Below, piece after piece: positions 10,601 to 18,898 of a DNA stretch of 64,000 nt. The DNA is from a virus. The stretch's first letter is position 1; the number at the start of each line of letters is the position of its first letter. The stretch is from the IMG/VR virus record IMGVR_UViG_3300001202_000001. One strand, written 5' to 3'. Position numbers and translations under genes: made by a program. The notes beneath the pieces were generated by a model. It was given only the letters and a program-made list of their open reading frames with translations. It did no database searches and was not told the DNA's origin.

Positions 10601-12615
10601 AATCCAGCGATAGAGGCTTTGCCCACAAGGTTACGCGCTAACAGAGCCGCACGGTTAGCGATTACAGCCGCTGTATAAGCAACTAAGGCAGTGGTAACAA
10701 TAGGAACTACTGGCCCAAGGTTATTCAAGCCTCGTAAGAAAAGTCCTAGAATATCAGCACCAAATTTAAGAGCGTCTACAAGTGGGCCTAGAGCCTTGGC
10801 AGCGAAAGTACCGAAGATAGATTGTAGCTGTAGACCTTTGTTAGCTAGGGCTTCCATCTGCACAGCGTTAGCTTCTGTGGCGGCAGAGGATAGTAGGAAC
10901 TTCTGACGAAGCTCCTCAATAGTGGAAGCATTGTTTGTAAGGGCGGCGTAAGCAGCACCTGCTCGGACTTCGAGAACTTGTAGAGCATCAGATGTTGTGA
11001 AACCTGCATCCTGTAGATTTTTAAGAACTCCAGTTAGCCCGTATAATTTTACGTTTACATCATCAGTAGATAGACCTAATTCTGTCAGGCGAGAGTTTAA
11101 CTTTTCTGATGGTGCAGCAAGAGCAGTAAGAATCTGTCGAAGACCTGTACCAAGTGTTGACCCTGAACGAATACCAGAGTTGGCCATAGCGCCCAACGTG
11201 GCTGTTAATTCAGAGAATGTGATGTTCTGCTCATTAGCGATGTTACCAGCATACTGTAGTCCTAGTGTTAGTTTCTCTAGGTTAAGCTTAGAGTTGTTAA
11301 CCGCAGTTGTGAATACGTTAGCGATGTTGCCAGCTTCTTCTGCTCGAAGGTTGAAGACAGAGATTGTTGAAGTAACAAGGTCAACGGCAGTCTTTAGGTC
11401 TGTACCAACAGCAGTAGCCAATAGAGTAATGTTCTGAATAGACCCTGTGATTTGTTCAACAGAGAAACCTGCCTGACCCATAATAGTGGCAGCTTCTGCA
11501 ACTTCAAGCGCGGTAAACTTAACACCTTCTGAAACCTCAACGATGGTTTTCTCAAGCTTACCCATAGATTCATCTGTAGTAGCAGTAATGGCTTGTAGTT
11601 GTGCAAACTCTCTATCTAGGTCAACAACGAATTTACCTGCGAATGAAAGTGCACGGAAAGCAAGACCCATAGCCGCGTAGTTAGCAAGCAACTGCGCCTG
11701 AATTTTCAAAAGTCCAGCACCACCATCCTTTAGACGATTGTTTAATGAGGCCAGTGGGTCAACAGAGCTTGCTGCACGAGCCTTGGCACGAGCGATACTT
11801 TCATTAAGTCTAACTTGCTCTTTCAGTTGAGCATTGGTTAGTCTCTCTTGGTTAATCTGGAACTGCTTAGCCTTAGCAATACGAGCATTCTGAATTTCAC
11901 GTTTAGCCCCAACAATGTTTCCATCTTTACGGAGAATATTAGCTCGGTCTAGGGCACTGTTAATTTTTACCTGTTGTGAGGCTACACGCTTAGAAGCAGA
12001 CTCAACCTGCTTCATAGCAGCTACTTGCTTTTCAGCAGCAGCTACATCAAGCTGACTATTTGCAAGGTTTGTGGATAGACGATTAGAACTTCTACCATCA
12101 GTGTTACCAGCGAACTGCCTAGCAGCTTCACCAGCACGTAACTTAGCAGCTTCTAATTTAACTTGGGCTTGCTTTAAGGTTAGAACTTCTCTGTTAGCAA
12201 ACTCCTGACGTGTTAGAGTTGTTAGAGCAATAGCCTGTTGCTTTTCTAATTCTGTATGGTGACTTGCTAAGCGAAGACGAGCATCCTTACTTAACTTGAG
12301 AATACGTTCAGCTTCCTGAACATTTCTCTTGGCGATAATACCACGGTCAATCGCTGCTTTACGTTCAGCTTCGGCCCCGCCGCCAGCAATGAGAGAGTTA
12401 CCTGCTCGGTCTAATTTAACATTGGAAGAGAAGCCCTGCTTGTCAGCAAGGGCTTGCAGGTTCATAAGTTTGACAACTTCACCGTTTGTGTCTTTAACTT
12501 TTTCCTCAAATCTAGCAACAGCCTTTTCAGCATTAGCAAGCTGGGTCTTCAATTTCTTGAGAGACCCTCCGTCGAAGAACTTTACTAAATACTCAATCTG
12601 TGTGTCGTCAATCAT
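7627..12615 (-). CDS. Tail tape measure protein
   Basis: 1662 aa, the longest complete ORF. Ala/Gln/Leu/Glu-rich coiled-coil with central hydrophobic Gly/Ala stretches. Immediately downstream of the chaperone frameshift pair. Confidence 0.9.
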   Translation of the reverse strand: MIDDTQIEYLVKFFDGGSLKKLKTQLANAEKAVARFEEKVKDTNGEVVKLMNLQALADKQGFSSNVKLDRAGNSLIAGGGAEAERKAAIDRGIIAKRNVQEAERILKLSKDARLRLASHHTELEKQQAIALTTLTRQEFANREVLTLKQAQVKLEAAKLRAGEAARQFAGNTDGRSSNRLSTNLANSQLDVAAAEKQVAAMKQVESASKRVASQQVKINSALDRANILRKDGNIVGAKREIQNARIAKAKQFQINQERLTNAQLKEQVRLNESIARAKARAASSVDPLASLNNRLKDGGAGLLKIQAQLLANYAAMGLAFRALSFAGKFVVDLDREFAQLQAITATTDESMGKLEKTIVEVSEGVKFTALEVAEAATIMGQAGFSVEQITGSIQNITLLATAVGTDLKTAVDLVTSTISVFNLRAEEAGNIANVFTTAVNNSKLNLEKLTLGLQYAGNIANEQNITFSELTATLGAMANSGIRSGSTLGTGLRQILTALAAPSEKLNSRLTELGLSTDDVNVKLYGLTGVLKNLQDAGFTTSDALQVLEVRAGAAYAALTNNASTIEELRQKFLLSSAATEANAVQMEALANKGLQLQSIFGTFAAKALGPLVDALKFGADILGLFLRGLNNLGPVVPIVTTALVAYTAAVIANRAALLARNLVGKASIAGLLGEAAATRAAGLGYKGLLVAMGPVGGGIAAITAVIGLAKIGIDFFSESVDELKASVDESSGKLETYTANIRSIDKEIEILTQRHFEAGESMQEVNNIALELQLKFGDLGGSFDFTNGKIQDLVPELERLRDVMLDVRNVELNTSIDESTRLLEGQAKQARRKLAGVLPKDAYGGFRRSSTLSPFGFDSDIVGQARQFDNGKLNDTGILELYRAVTKIQADNNRLTLAMQNGVLSPKDEALLNERIEEGRNSNFGFRFQDNTTREEDIADAQAVINAQNRYLQEFTSKFLPVVQTTQSIAGQKREVTQNTFNSSDEASASRSILISLDQQLAKAKSDRSNFTNKDLPLPEGYADTAKFKATGQEREFAASGLSQTGAALLSRAEAAVKMTDQQLREFDAGFKLQQANRQREIDLIRRSLDVKDSENVIAQGRAAILERLAEKQEAALSQETSRLDREGKHGKEREIAEATFATSLRLEREKVIAALDKLSLEKEIRTRKISYESLEIQLEKEIALERKRVTKRSSLNEIEAAKQRALQLQSDKELAAREDLRFRLAGDTELLDLEMTKLNATLKAEREEVALSFDGMHTEIREKQVPQIRNALKELTDSFDVATKAFDDKIEALQNPVADLQAARDATDAASNKGKFSQVHKDNLDREIQNAQVKAMRTELDLLKTDNLARLTADQAALEASKADIDAKLRRAEEILANTGGNYSPDEMKQASREINQLKAQGLEIDGEITAKADEIIESQKRIRDLQREIGAVTGEAAPDMYNWTEALNEGLQAYIDKLEEASLSSDNFADKVVEVGDVATDSLGDAFFDIATGAKSVGEAFGDMAESILKAILKILAEQVAIFAIKQLFAAFGFSPQTFSGGGAIKGFSGGGRIPNLGVTGRDHVPIMAEAGEFMMRKSAVDSIGKDKLYAMNALGSAALKPDTVQSMVLPDGKSQEVNVYVMAPEEKPQLGPDDILHVIGQDIATGGQTKKLIKHAMN

Positions 12616-13028
12616 TACATACCCATTTCGTCAAAGGCTCTACGGAAGTCTGCGGCAGTATGAACAGTTTCGGTATCTCCAGAAGTGCTAGAAGCCTTCC
12701 CTTTCTTACCAAACAACGCCGATAGCGTGTTATCCACAATACCAATGAGAGACTTCTTAACCTCTCCTGTCGTAGCGCAAGCCTCTCCTAGTTTGAGGTC
12801 TGTGCTAATCTTTACATCTTCCCATGTAATCTCCCAAATAAAGCCATTTATTTGGGAGGGCCGTTTGTCAAATACCCAACAGAGTTGTTTCTGATGGTTT
12901 AAGGTGCTGTACCATTCGAGGATAACATTGAGTTCGTCAGTTCCTCCGTCTCCGTTGTTGTTTTTTGAATGATTTCGCCCGTTGCTTTTGCCGCTTTTAG
13001 TGTCGATTCCACTTTCCTCGCGAAAAAA
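12615..13028 (-). CDS. -1 frame extension of the chaperone (gpGT-like fusion, about 230 aa)
   Basis: The ORF 12615..13052 is in the -1 frame relative to 12899..13306 (codon-start coordinates mod 3 = 2 versus 1). It is open across the slippery site and ends at the tape measure start. Confidence 0.7.
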   Translation of the reverse strand, partial: FFREESGIDTKSGKSNGRNHSKNNNGDGGTDELNVILEWYSTLNHQKQLCWVFDKRPSQINGFIWEITWEDVKISTDLKLGEACATTGEVKKSLIGIVDNTLSALFGKKGKASSTSGDTETVHTAADFRRAFDEMGM

Positions 13029-13306
13029 CCAAAGGCATGTGCTAAACCCCACTCTCCAATAGCTTCACCTTCTGCCATTGAAAGCTCGAAAGATTCAACA
13101 TCAGGATAATCCTCTGGCTCAACGCCTTTGTCGGATAATAGAATTTGTGTGATAGTCGCTAGAATAGCTGGGTCTGCGTGAGACGTTGTTAGTCCAGTCA
13201 GTCCTTCTGGAAAAATAGAGATGATTCTTAGAAGCCTTGCATAGCTCATAAAGATTTCTCTTTCTCCTACTGTGAGCGTATCGCTCGGTGCTTTAAAGTC
13301 AGTCAT
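12899..13306 (-). CDS. Tail assembly chaperone (gpG-like)
   Basis: 135 aa acidic ORF between the major tail and tape measure genes. GAGGGA RBS upstream. Contains slippery heptamer T TTT TTC. Confidence 0.75.
   Translation of the reverse strand: MTDFKAPSDTLTVGEREIFMSYARLLRIISIFPEGLTGLTTSHADPAILATITQILLSDKGVEPEDYPDVESFELSMAEGEAIGEWGLAHAFGFFARKVESTLKAAKATGEIIQKTTTETEELTNSMLSSNGTAP
13022..13028 (-). promoter_or_regulatory. Programmed -1 ribosomal frameshift heptamer T_TTT_TTC
   Basis: Minus strand reads GGT TTT TTC in the G frame (AFGFFAR). After a -1 slip it reads TTT TTT CGC (..WFFREESG) in the T frame. Confidence 0.7.
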
Positions 13307-13330
13307 ATTTGTTCTTCCCTCATAAAAGAT

Positions 13331-13360
13331 TGATGCCTTGGAAATTACTCCAAGGCATCA
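13331..13360 (-). terminator. Intrinsic terminator/attenuator after the major tail gene
   Basis: 11-bp perfect stem (13331-13341 / 13350-13360) with an 8-nt loop. On the minus strand it is followed by AUCUUUUAUG. Confidence 0.7.
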
Positions 13361-13401
13361 AGTTAATCAAGCCATATTTTGAGGGAGGGCTTTGACTATT
13401 C

Positions 13402-14169
13402 TTAGACGATAAGGCGTCCTTGAGCGCATCCGAACTCCGCGAAGTCTGCGTCTGCGTCAACCAATGAGTAAGGTTGAATCTCGAAAGGCATGTTACCATA
13501 GTCTGATGTTCCGAACTGAACATTAAAACCACGAACGATTTTCACTTTAGGGAAGTAGAAGACAACGTCTCCACCATCTGCAAGCTTACCGATAACGGCG
13601 CAAGAGTAGTAAATGTCGGCAGGGTCACCAAGGTCAAGAGCAGTAGCGCGTACTACAGAAGCACCAGAAGCAAGTACAACACCAGTTGGGACTGCGTGTG
13701 TAACTGTAAGTTCAGCGGCGGCTGTAGAAGCAACACGGTTTGCCATGATACCTTTGTTAGTTGCTACGAGGATATAGTCATCAGCAGCAAAACCTGTTTC
13801 GGATGTTACTGGGATTACTACAACGGAACCATCACCTGTTACGGCTGCTGTTGTGTCTGTTTCGACATTAGCAGTTAGTGCACCAGCGGATAGTCCTAGA
13901 CCGTAGGCCAAGTTCTTAGCTGTGTACTCGTAAACTTCTGTAGCGACGTTTAGTGTAGCGGACGTGATAACTGAGAACACAGAGCGATTCTGGATTCCTT
14001 GTCCAAGGTCAGTTGTTTCCATTTCGCCTGTGATAGCGACGTTCTTAACGAGACCGATGCTGTCGTCACTTGTCAGATTGAAAAGTTCGCCAACTGCACC
14101 GATTCGCACTTCTGCTGTTGATAGCATGAAATTGGTAGTTTTTGCAGTACCTAAATCTTTTGCGGCCAT
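13402..14169 (-). CDS. Major tail (tube) protein
   Basis: 255 aa. Sits directly upstream of the chaperone pair, has a GGAGA RBS and is followed by a terminator hairpin. Call is by position and composition. Confidence 0.75.
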   Translation of the reverse strand: MAAKDLGTAKTTNFMLSTAEVRIGAVGELFNLTSDDSIGLVKNVAITGEMETTDLGQGIQNRSVFSVITSATLNVATEVYEYTAKNLAYGLGLSAGALTANVETDTTAAVTGDGSVVVIPVTSETGFAADDYILVATNKGIMANRVASTAAAELTVTHAVPTGVVLASGASVVRATALDLGDPADIYYSCAVIGKLADGGDVVFYFPKVKIVRGFNVQFGTSDYGNMPFEIQPYSLVDADADFAEFGCAQGRLIV

Positions 14170-14205
14170 AAGGGGTCTCCATAATTATGTTGATTGTAGT
14201 ATTAC

Positions 14206-14234
14206 TTGATATTGGGTATTAGATAAAGTATTAC
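14206..14234 (+). promoter_or_regulatory. Candidate sigma70-like promoter for the RHH gene (TTGATA-17-TATTAC)
   Basis: -35 at 14206-14211 and -10 at 14229-14234. Each element overlaps one copy of the direct repeat AGTATTACTT (14198-14207, 14227-14236). Confidence 0.4.
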
Positions 14235-14257
14235 TTTTACATACTTTTGAGGGAATT

Positions 14258-14446
14258 ATGAAAACACGAGTAAGTTTAACACTTGATGCTGATGTTGAAG
14301 AAACATTACGTCTCCAAGCAACAGTCCTAGATGTGCCATTCAGCCGTTATGTTAATAAACTATTGAGAGAGAAGCTTAATGTACAGAGTGACCAAATTGA
14401 GGCCGCTCTAATTAGATTAGAACGTAAGCGTCAGGTTGAAGATTAG
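14258..14446 (+). CDS. Ribbon-helix-helix (CopG/Arc-type) DNA-binding protein
   Basis: 62 aa. RVSLTLDADVEETLRLQATVLDVPFSRYVNKLLREKL fits a beta-strand, helix, helix pattern. GAGGGA RBS. Only plus-strand gene inside the late operon. Confidence 0.7.
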   Translation: MKTRVSLTLDADVEETLRLQATVLDVPFSRYVNKLLREKLNVQSDQIEAALIRLERKRQVED

Positions 14447-14857
14447 GCTGACTGTCTGAAACGGTCTAGTCTTATTAAGCCTTACAACTGGGGAAGCCAT
14501 AAAACCTCCATCCGAAGCCATGAAACCAAGAGGGTGACCAGACTGGTGATGTAGGATTGGAATGGTTACAGTTTTACCAGCGCAGTTCTCTACCACCTGA
14601 TTAACCAAATCATTAAGCCTCTGAATCTGTGGGTCACTATGTGTACAAGCAGCAACTTTAAAACCTACCTCTCCCATAGTATCTCGTGCAGACACATAAA
14701 ACTCAAGTGGGCCAAGGAAGTCTTCCTGTTCGATGTTCTCTTCGTCGGCAGTCGAGTCGAAGTCAAAGATTTCAACAGGCGCTGGAAGCTGCTGAGCAAT
14801 ATCATAAATCCAATTAGAAATTGAAGCTTTTAGGCTTAGGTATAGGTCGTCTGTCAT
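14417..14857 (-). CDS. Tail terminator / tail completion protein (by position)
   Basis: 146 aa ORF immediately upstream of the major tail gene in the late operon. No motif recognised. Confidence 0.4.
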   Translation of the reverse strand: MTDDLYLSLKASISNWIYDIAQQLPAPVEIFDFDSTADEENIEQEDFLGPLEFYVSARDTMGEVGFKVAACTHSDPQIQRLNDLVNQVVENCAGKTVTIPILHHQSGHPLGFMASDGGFMASPVVRLNKTRPFQTVSLIFNLTLTF

Positions 14858-15522
14858 TTAATAACCTCTGGTAAATGTTTGTTTAACCACCAACGCATAA
14901 ACGAATAGAACGCAGGTCTGTAAGGATTTCTTTTACCCTTGCTCTGCTGGTTTGTCAACTTGGCATAAATATCTTGGTGAGCACTATTGAAAATATCCCT
15001 CTCAAGCTTCTTAGGTTTGAAGTTAGCATCAACCTTAGAGAAGGGTTCATGTACGACCTTGACCTGAAAGTTCTTTAAACCTGTTGCTCCTGAGGCGAAC
15101 TTACCCGTCTTAATGTTTCGTGCTGCTGTGCCAACCTGTGTGAAGCCCTTCTTGGCTCCCCTAGAGCTTTGCTCAATATAGAAGCTAGATTTACCCAATA
15201 GGTTGGTTGTTTGGCTGGATAGGTTCCTTACATCATCCTGCAAAGCCCCTGTGTTCTTGAAGAATCCAGCACCGCTAGGCTTCTTGGAAGCATAGCTGGC
15301 TGAAAGAGCAGCATACTTAGGTGTGTAGATTCCTAGAGGTGGAGCCGCAGCAGTATCTAAAGCCATAGCTGCAAACAAGTCGAAGAACTGTGATACTGAA
15401 TTTTGAACTCTGTAGTGGTCTTGCTTAGCGTTCTTACGCACCTGCTTCATAGACCCTGCCATACCTCCACTGATAATCTGGTCAATGGTAGCAGATAGTT
15501 TATTCGTATTCGATTTGGCCAA
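14854..15522 (-). CDS. Head-tail joining / neck protein (by position)
   Basis: 222 aa ORF, start/stop-coupled to its neighbours in the connector block. Confidence 0.4.
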   Translation of the reverse strand: MAKSNTNKLSATIDQIISGGMAGSMKQVRKNAKQDHYRVQNSVSQFFDLFAAMALDTAAAPPLGIYTPKYAALSASYASKKPSGAGFFKNTGALQDDVRNLSSQTTNLLGKSSFYIEQSSRGAKKGFTQVGTAARNIKTGKFASGATGLKNFQVKVVHEPFSKVDANFKPKKLERDIFNSAHQDIYAKLTNQQSKGKRNPYRPAFYSFMRWWLNKHLPEVIK

Positions 15523-16063
15523 TGTAGACTCCTAGCTGCTGGTCTACTCTCTCTACCACAGCCTTTTTAGGGTTATTCATAACCTGAATTAAATCGCCCT
15601 CGACAATGGGATAGCCTGTGATGATTTGCTGTCTCTTGACGGTTTGTCCTAGATTGTCACTGCCAGACGAACGAATCTCAAATGCAATCCAGATACCTTG
15701 TGTCCACACAGGTTGACCCTCAACCAGTTGTTTAGATACAGGGTCTCTAGTCTTAACACCTTCTCTGCCGATTGCAGCTATGTCGGTCATACCAAATAGC
15801 TTGTAGTGGGTGTATAAGTGTTTCCCTTTGAGGAACTGGTCACCGTGGTCTGCAACCAAGAAGATGCGCCCATTAGGGTCTTCGAAGGTATCTCCTACCT
15901 GTAGGATGCTGTCAGGTAGAACACGAAACAATCGTCTAGGTGAATTGAAATTAGACACACGAGTAGTTACGGGAATATCAGTCAACTGCCCGTAGAAAGA
16001 CGAACCAAGGGTTGTCTTCAATTTATACATATTCTCTTTAACAATCCTATGTAGGCTACTCAT
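15500..16063 (-). CDS. Head-tail joining protein (by position)
   Basis: 187 aa ORF in the connector block, overlapping the downstream gene. Confidence 0.4.
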   Translation of the reverse strand: MSSLHRIVKENMYKLKTTLGSSFYGQLTDIPVTTRVSNFNSPRRLFRVLPDSILQVGDTFEDPNGRIFLVADHGDQFLKGKHLYTHYKLFGMTDIAAIGREGVKTRDPVSKQLVEGQPVWTQGIWIAFEIRSSGSDNLGQTVKRQQIITGYPIVEGDLIQVMNNPKKAVVERVDQQLGVYIGQIEYE

Positions 16064-16794
16064 TACGTTGCGCTCTCTCCAGTGAATACATCAGGGTCAG
16101 GGTTGACTACTAGGAATAGGGCTGTAACGCTTCTCAATTCAGCATCAAGAGCGGGGTTTAATGCCCCGACAGCTTCATAGTATTTTCCTCTGATTTTATC
16201 TTTCAAAGCATTCATATCAGCCTCGAAGTGGGTCACAGAAATATTATCCTCTGTGTGAGTTTTGATAAGGGTCAGAGACATAATCTCTAACGCAGAACAG
16301 GCAGCAGCATATCTAATAGCTTGGTTAGCTAACTGTGCAGTGTAACCACCACCAACGAGGGCAGCATCTAAATCTGTAGTACCAAGGTCTGTACTGTTCT
16401 TAACAGTCAAGTATGTCTGGTGAAGGTCAATCATTTCATCAGGTAATACTAGGTCGGTAGCACCGACAGAATTTCTAACATCATTTTCAGTGATGATGTA
16501 TTTAGGCGCAGCTACTACCATAATAGTAATTCGGTTAGTATATGTGGTAGAACTAACATCATACTGGTACTTGAGTACGAATGTTCCCTCTGTGCCTGTG
16601 GTTGGTGTTGCTAGGGTGATAACCGTTTCGGTATCAGCAGCACCTAGTGTTGGAGTTTGCGTGGCCAGTGTGACTGTACCATCCAGTTGAGTTACTCCAT
16701 AAGTGAAAGTACCAGTATCTGGCACAACAAGTTGCCCTTGTGAGCCTTTAAACTCTACTGGAATATTTGCTGTGTCAGATACTGTAATGTACAT
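16063..16794 (-). CDS. Head-tail connector with Thr-rich Ig-like N-terminal half (by position)
   Basis: 243 aa. N-terminal beta-rich T/V/G segment and helical C-terminal half. Lies downstream of the capsid genes. Confidence 0.4.
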   Translation of the reverse strand: MYITVSDTANIPVEFKGSQGQLVVPDTGTFTYGVTQLDGTVTLATQTPTLGAADTETVITLATPTTGTEGTFVLKYQYDVSSTTYTNRITIMVVAAPKYIITENDVRNSVGATDLVLPDEMIDLHQTYLTVKNSTDLGTTDLDAALVGGGYTAQLANQAIRYAAACSALEIMSLTLIKTHTEDNISVTHFEADMNALKDKIRGKYYEAVGALNPALDAELRSVTALFLVVNPDPDVFTGESAT

Positions 16795-17234
16795 TAGTCG
16801 TTACCCTCTTGGGCTTTAGCAGCTTCTGCCTGTGCCTTAGCATGGGCTTCGTCAGCTTCTTTCTGTTTTGCAGCTTCTGCTTTGATTCGTTCAGCTTCGG
16901 CTTTCTTTGTTTCAGCAGCTTTCTTCTTAGATGCTGAGGCAGACTTAGCAGCGGCTTGTGCAGCAGCAGGGTCAGCTTTTTCATTGTCAAGGACAGCGGC
17001 AGCGATTGCGGCCTTTGCATCCTTCTTATAAGCTTCTAGGAACTCTTCATCAGTCATCTTAGTTTCGCCCAAGATAATTAGTGAGTTACGGCTAGAGGCA
17101 ATCTGCACTTGGCTGTCGTTCTGAACGACATGTGGTCGTCCTGATACATAGATTTGTGGTACTTGACGATTCAGGTGGTAACCAAAACCATCGGGTGCTT
17201 TAACAAGCATTGTTTTAGGTGTTTTCTTAGTCAT
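16794..17234 (-). CDS. Virion-module protein with Ala/Lys/Glu-rich low-complexity tail
   Basis: Start moved to ATG 17234 (MTKKTPKT..., GGGAGAA RBS). C-terminus is ...KSASASKKKAAETKKAEAERIKAEAAKQKEADEAHAKAQAEAAKAQ. Confidence 0.5.
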   Translation of the reverse strand: MTKKTPKTMLVKAPDGFGYHLNRQVPQIYVSGRPHVVQNDSQVQIASSRNSLIILGETKMTDEEFLEAYKKDAKAAIAAAVLDNEKADPAAAQAAAKSASASKKKAAETKKAEAERIKAEAAKQKEADEAHAKAQAEAAKAQEGND

Positions 17235-17268
17235 AGGATTCTCCCTGTTTAGACTGTTTCTTAATAAT

Positions 17269-17300
17269 AACCCCACCCACTGTTGTCAATGGGTGGGGTT
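17269..17300 (-). terminator. Intrinsic terminator after the major capsid gene
   Basis: 11-bp stem AACCCCACCCA / TGGGTGGGGTT with a 10-nt loop. On the minus strand it is followed by AUUAUUAAG. Confidence 0.6.
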
Positions 17301-17323
17301 GAATTTTAACGATGTAGGCTAAC

Positions 17324-18499
17324 TTAGTTAGCGTAGTCGTACACGCTGCGAGTGTCAGAGAATACTAGGCGGTAACCTGTGTTCTCAGTCTTCGTCATAG
17401 TGATAGTTTGGTTAAGGATATTACGCTCCTCTTCCTCAATATTACTATTTGCGCGTTTTAGTTCTTCAAGAGTCTCTGCACGAGAGAAACCAACTAGCTT
17501 ACCTGCTGGTGCGAAACCAGAAAGTACAGGTGTGATTGGCTGGTCGAAAATCGGGTTACGATTAACTTGGATGCCAGCGCGACCTAGTTGCTCTGCTGCT
17601 GATGTAGTCTTGTCGTCGTTATTACCGAACAACATAGTCCACTGGAAGAAAGCGTCGTAGTTCATAACTACTGTGTCAACAGGAATACCTGCTGCTGCTC
17701 TATCCATCAGCCAACGGAAGAAACGATGCCATTGGATTTGACCCGCAGTGTTAGCAGGTGCTCCAGTTACTCCAGAAATTGTAGACTGTGTTACAACAGG
17801 AGCGGCGTTGTTATTTCCATCACCATTTACAAGAACGTCAACAGCTTGTTCAGCTTTTGAGATTTCTAGCTCACGGGCAATACGCGCTAGGAAAGGTGTC
17901 AGTACGTCAAGGCGAACATTACGCTCGAACTCATAAGTTGTGCGGATAGCAGAACCATGCTTGAAGATTTGAACCTTGCTTTCACCAGCTTTGATTGAGC
18001 GTACAGGGATTTTAGAACCTTCTGGCACATAGCGTGTACCACGATTCTCTGCATCACCGTCGTCCAATTCAACCCGAACTGTCATCTCGTCCGCATCAAT
18101 AGTGCGAGAGTTGGCAATCAGATTAGAAGCTGATTCGATGTTGTCAAGACGCACTTTCCATTGGATAATGTCGTCAATAACTTCCTTAAATAGGATTTTA
18201 GTCCCAGGCCGTGTTTGGAATGTTTCCGCAGCGGCTTGGAGAACCATGCCGTTTGAGAAGTCATCACGCACAGGCATGTTGAGTTCCATCAACGCAACTT
18301 CGTAACCGCTGTGGTCGCCCACTGGCTCGATAGTTAGGTCGAGGTAATCACGAACAGAAACCCCGTATTTCTGGCATTGGTGAAGGATTGCACGACCAGC
18401 ACTGGCAGAGGCATCTGGTGATTCACCGTCGCCTAGTTTACCAAGGATAGTTTTTGCATCGCTACGCTTTGCCAATAGGTCTAAAATTGAATATCTCAT
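17324..18499 (-). CDS. Major capsid protein (lambda gpE position)
   Basis: 391 aa. Follows the decoration-like gene and scaffold and is followed by a terminator. Size and order match the lambda C/Nu3-D-E layout. Confidence 0.8.
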   Translation of the reverse strand: MRYSILDLLAKRSDAKTILGKLGDGESPDASASAGRAILHQCQKYGVSVRDYLDLTIEPVGDHSGYEVALMELNMPVRDDFSNGMVLQAAAETFQTRPGTKILFKEVIDDIIQWKVRLDNIESASNLIANSRTIDADEMTVRVELDDGDAENRGTRYVPEGSKIPVRSIKAGESKVQIFKHGSAIRTTYEFERNVRLDVLTPFLARIARELEISKAEQAVDVLVNGDGNNNAAPVVTQSTISGVTGAPANTAGQIQWHRFFRWLMDRAAAGIPVDTVVMNYDAFFQWTMLFGNNDDKTTSAAEQLGRAGIQVNRNPIFDQPITPVLSGFAPAGKLVGFSRAETLEELKRANSNIEEEERNILNQTITMTKTENTGYRLVFSDTRSVYDYAN

Positions 18500-18511
18500 T
18501 CTATTATCTCC

Positions 18512-18898
18512 TTAACCTAATACAACTTCAACTGTGTCGGTTAATACCTTAAACACAATCGGTTGTCCTGCTGCGGCTGCTGCTCCAGAGGATTTAGTAA
18601 CCCCTGCTGTAGCACTACCCACAAGTCCCTCACCTAACGCAGGTGCTGTACCTGTGAATGGGAATGAGAAACCTCCTTTAAGAGTAACAGTACCGATTTT
18701 AAAATCGCCTCTGTCCTCAAACGTATCAAGACGACCCATGATAACCTCGTTATCACCTGTCAACTTCATAGTCATTGCTGCGGAAGTATCAATAGTTACT
18801 GCCTTTCCAAGGTCGGCTTCTGTTACAGAAGACTCAAGGAAAAAAGCGTAAGTAAATTCTTCAGCGTATAGAGCGTTTAAACTTAGATTCAAAGCCAT
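18512..18898 (-). CDS. Head decoration protein (gpD position)
   Basis: 128 aa Gly/Ala/Thr-rich ORF between the scaffold and the major capsid gene. Confidence 0.5.
   Translation of the reverse strand: MALNLSLNALYAEEFTYAFFLESSVTEADLGKAVTIDTSAAMTMKLTGDNEVIMGRLDTFEDRGDFKIGTVTLKGGFSFPFTGTAPALGEGLVGSATAGVTKSSGAAAAAGQPIVFKVLTDTVEVVLG

Noticed and set aside
7784-12691. About a dozen 60-146 aa ORFs on both strands inside the tape measure gene (e.g. 10997..11437, 12329..12691).
   Set aside because: They are shadow ORFs of a repetitive, codon-biased 5-kb gene. None has a start context or recognisable motif.
12960-12967. Second homopolymer (CAAAAAAC on the minus strand) in the G/T overlap as an alternative slippery site.
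   Set aside because: In the G frame it reads CAA AAA ACA, so the A-site codon cannot re-pair after a -1 slip. The T_TTT_TTC site fits the X_XXY_YYZ rule.
13320-13532. 70-aa minus-strand ORF overlapping the 3' end of the major tail gene and the terminator.
   Set aside because: It is out of frame with the major tail gene and spans the terminator hairpin. There is no RBS.
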